A DNA stretch of 64,000 nt from Azolla caroliniana (lineage: Eukaryota > Plantae > Polypodiophyta): the NCBI GenBank assembly GCA_043228905.1, contig JBHGNT010000009.1:13268001-13332000 (forward strand). The letters are read 5' to 3'. Shown here piece after piece: positions 60,074 to 64,000 of the stretch. The notes beneath the pieces were generated by a model. It saw nothing but the letters and a program-made list of their open reading frames with translations, was not told where the DNA came from and searched no databases. Each line of letters begins with the position of its first letter. Positions within the stretch are counted from its first letter, which is position 1. A program made the position numbers and the translations under genes.

Positions 60074-62203
60074 TAAAAACTAAATGAAAAAAACCTGACA
60101 ATTGATTGCTGGAAACCAGAAGTATCGAATCGCCAATACCTGCATCCAAATTTAAAAACTCACTGTAACATTCATTAACCTAGTTAATTCGCCCATGGCC
60201 AAGTGTCGTTCTTACCTACCTGTGCATCAACGACCCTTAACCTTCTAGGTGGTTTAGGTATACTAGTAGAGACTGTTTTTGTTGAAAAATACACACATTT
60301 TCATCACTATCGTCATCATACATGGCTCCCTTTGTGAAGGGAGGACCCTTATATATATATGTATACATCCATTGAAAGAGAACAACAAGATACAAGAGAA
60401 ATTGTGCTGTAATAAATGTTGTACACATGCTGTGCACTATGTATTTCCCTTTGTGAAGGTTTTTATTTATTTATATTGATACATTGGCTCGAGAAAATCC
60501 AAAATCTCAGTGAAATTATATGTAACTGACTATTTATAGGTAATCCTTGTCAACAAAAGACAGCCCTTTTACATAGATATATGTATGTAAAGAACTAATG
60601 GGGCCAACCATGAATGAGGAAAGTTTGTAACTATGCATAAATGGAAAACTTGCTTTCATTTTGCTTGGGTGGAGTGCCCACAAAGTTTCCAATGATACTT
60701 TTGGGTTGAAACTTGTGTAGGTTGTATATATATTGTATATGATTCTGACAAAAAAATTCAATCTATGATGAATATGAGCATCATGCCCCATGCTTACCGC
60801 CAATCCCAAAACTTCTGAAACAGCCCCTAGTGGGACCGGAAGCATTTTTACATTTCTTTGTATGGCTTTCTTGCAAAGCGTCATTCCCATCTTGATATTA
60901 ACGTAAAGCCATGATGGGCGATATAAAAGCTCTCAAGTGGATTGCACCATGATACCATGATACACGATTAAATGGACCAAAATTTCATTTCTTGTTTCAA
61001 TCTATTATGTCAACCAATATGTTACTGTCATCTTGTATCAAATGTTGTAGCAATTGTTGTGATGGCTTTGTTAGGAGCTTGTTCTCACTGTAATCCATAT
61101 AGATGCTGCATAGATATTTGTTATGTCAATGTCAAATTGCAAGTGGTGACTCTGAAGGTGATGCTTTTAGGAGCAAGTTGTTAGTTTACATACTCTTAAT
61201 TGGTATAATGAGCACAATTTTTGTTTCGCTGAAAAAATGTAACAATGACAATGTTGCACAAATATCTTTCTAGAAGCATATTGCTACTATTGCATCATCT
61301 CAAACTAAATTTAATGTGCATAATGTATAAAGATAACATCAAATGTCTTATTTGTAGATAGCTTTTAGGGAATTCTCACTTATTTATGGATATTTTTATG
61401 CACTTGTCAATCTTTTCTATATACAGGAGTACAAAAATGAAATATTTTTTACATTGTGTGGGCCAAAAAAAATGAGTGAAGAAATGTTATGCATCTTACA
61501 CATGGTTGTAAACAATCAATCTCCAGGGTGGGCATCATCCCTTTGCTCTCTTATTTATGTCACCTCAAGTTGAATTGGTAGACGTTCTTAAGAATATTGA
61601 TGAAAACATAGTCAAGTGATTTATTCACCAATCAACGTCATTGGTCATAATGGGGAAGATGATAGGACTAGTTTTCAGAATGAATAACTCATGAAATGTT
61701 ACCCTTGTAAAGCTAGCAAATTTACCGAGATTCATCTAAATGGAGCAAATAATTTAGTTGGGATTAGAGAAGGGGAAGTTTATATACAGAAGGTACGGTA
61801 ATTTTGAATGTCACTTGGTCTTTTCAGTTTACAACAATGACTCCAACATCAATTTAGACTAGTTGGAAGACTTTTGGTAATCTACCTTGATGATAGCAAT
61901 CGGCCATGGTTCTCTTCTGTTTGGTTTGGTTCGAGAGTGTCAAACTCAAACCATTAAAAAAATTTGAAATTTAAGCCGAACCGAACCACAAAACCATTTA
62001 AACTGAACAGGAACAGGAGTAGGAGCAGGAACATGAACAGGAACAGGAACAGGTGCAATGGCTTGTCAAAGGAGGGGGAGCATTTGTTGGAGAAAGAGCT
62101 CCAAAGTGGAACTATCCATGTTGACAGGTTTCGAATGGACATCAATGGATGATTCTGGTGGGAGGTGAGGGTTACACCCATAGAGTGCTCGAAATGGGTT
62201 GAT

Positions 62204-62470
62204 TCATGTTAACGCTTGTACAGATGTATTGTAGGTGTGGGTGACGAAAGGCAAGATTTGATCCCAGGTTTTGTGGCATGGATCGATGTAAGTGACAATC
62301 TCCTTCTTGAGGGCCTTGTTGAGGCATCCGGTGAAGCCATTTGTCTGAGGATGGTATGGGGACTTAAACACATGTTGGACACCTAGTTGAGCTGCAATGA
62401 CGTTGAGGACATCCTTGTGGAACTGGCGGCCCTGATCACATAATAGTTGGATGGGGCTAGTGGCGAAAAA
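62204..62470 (-). pseudogene. Ty3/Gypsy integrase core remnant
   Basis: LLCDQGRQF...SPYHPQTNG...WDQILPFVTHTYNTS in ORF 62204..62503. Confidence 0.8.
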
Positions 62471-62483
62471 CGAGCTAGCAATT

Positions 62484-62850
62484 GGCGGATAGAGATCAAT
62501 CACTGATGTGGCCTGAGGGCCACTTGGACTTGGCTGAGGTGGGCGACAGGAGGGCTATCGTGTAGGAGGGGGATCAGGGGAAGATCAATTGGCGAAGAAA
62601 GATCAATTGCTCCTGTGAAGTGAGGGCCACCCGAACTTGGCTAAGGTGTGGGACAAGAGGGCTATCGAGGAAAGATCAATTCGTTGAGAAAGATCAATTG
62701 CTCATGTGGACTGAGGTCTAGTTGGACTTAGTTGAGGTGGGGGATAGGAGGGCTATAGGCGGATAGAGATCAATCGCTCCTGTGGACTGAGGGCCACCTG
62801 GACTTGATTGAGGTGGGGGACAAGAGGGCTATTGTGCAGGAGGGGGATCG
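62484..62850. repeat. Degenerate 75-120-bp tandem array next to the integrase remnant
   Basis: About four copies of AGATCAAT..CTC.TGTG..CTGAGGGCCAC..GGACTT..CTGAGGTGGG.GACA.GAGGGCTAT. Confidence 0.7.
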
Positions 62851-63073
62851 GAGAAACTCGTGGGACAAGAAGTTTGTGGGCAACCTAAGGTGAGGGGGAA
62901 GAGGTGGATGCTTGGATATGGGGGACTGGTGGCCGTCATCTCCACCAATATGTGAAATGCACATAAGAGATCAAAACCAGTCTACTTAGCTTCTTACTTC
63001 TTGCTCAATTTATACTTCTTGACCTAGTTGGTAATAATGTAATAAGATTGATGAAGGTCCTTATTAATTTGGT

Positions 63074-63431
63074 GGTTGATCATCAATAAAATGATATAGT
63101 TCACCAACCCATAGAGTCATCACTAATGAACAAATTCTTGTGAATGCACACATAGACACTCAAAGGTCACACCACCTTGTAACATAATTGATGTGTCATA
63201 GAGTTATATTCTATGACACATAGTTAATGTGTTTTCCAAGATTGAGAGAGAGAGTGGGAGTTTTAGTGAGAGAATGTAGAGAGAGGGCGACTTTATATAA
63301 AGCACCCTCTTGCCTCCTTTGTAGTGGTTGTTTATTCTTATTCCTTGTTAATATACATTTTAGTTTTCTATCACCTATCTATCTTGTGTCTCTCCTCTCA
63401 CACACACATATCTAATATATTCCACTTAACA
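63074..63431 (+). mobile_element. Old solo LTR related to the Copia D LTR (boundaries approximate)
   Basis: Shares ATGTGTCATAGA..TCTATGACACATA, GAGAGAGAGTGG, TATATAAAGCACCCTCT and CTATCTATCTTGTGT with 7202-7653. Confidence 0.7.
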
Positions 63432-64000
63432 TAATTACACATGTAATTATTTACACTTTATGATTGTTATTTTGCCAAAATCCATGTTTTGAAAAGTAGG
63501 GAAAGATATAAAAATGGAATCTCAATGGAGATATGAAGAGAAGAATTAGTATAATGATATGGCCCACCATCTTTCAACTACTCCCCGAAGAATCAAAGAC
63601 AAATAGCCCACAAGCTCTAGGTTCATACAAGTTCATAGAAAATATTTATCACCTCCCACACCTATATATCATAGATTAGTTGTAAAGGAGGTATGTAATT
63701 ATGGTAGTTGTCTTGAACAACTATGAGGAAACAATCAATGAAGTAAACTCCTAGAAAGGAGGGATTACACAAGCTTCCTTTTAACTAAGGCACTACCAAC
63801 TAGCTTTGTAGGACACCTTAATCACAAGATTCATAACACTCAAATCCACACTAAGGATGCTTAAAACTCAAGTAGACATGTACATAATGCTGGGCTAAAA
63901 GTTCTACTCACACCATTGTATGTCCTAGTGTGAACACTCCTTGGAGTTAGGGCTAAGGGAGTTCTATCATGTTAGGGGCCATCCCTCCATGTACAATGTT

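Overview
Eukaryotic land-plant DNA, probably a seed-free plant such as a fern (inferred from element types and microsatellite style, not proven). Bases 1-41.8 kb are a deeply nested LTR-retrotransposon cluster. It holds a Ty3/Gypsy host split into three pieces, eight Ty1/Copia elements or remnants (labelled D-L, several with exact 5-bp TSDs) and two chromovirus-type Gypsy elements (A, C). Bases 41.8-56 kb are AT-rich intergenic DNA containing a 5'-truncated LINE (17-bp TSD) that hosts a young chromovirus (B, 458-bp LTRs). The only host gene is a 6-exon QWRF-family (AUG8/EDE1/SCO3-like) gene at 56329-60073 (+). The main signal is in the chromovirus-type elements. All three lack a tRNA PBS and instead have a PBS complementary to their own predicted transcript 5' end (Tf1-like self-priming, with covariation), and all three LTRs carry heat-shock elements. 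A and B also carry an antisense tRNA-derived Pol III A-box/B-box module at the U3 edge and a -1 frameshift slippery site with a stem-loop or pseudoknot. Coordinates and mismatch counts were read by eye and should be confirmed by alignment.
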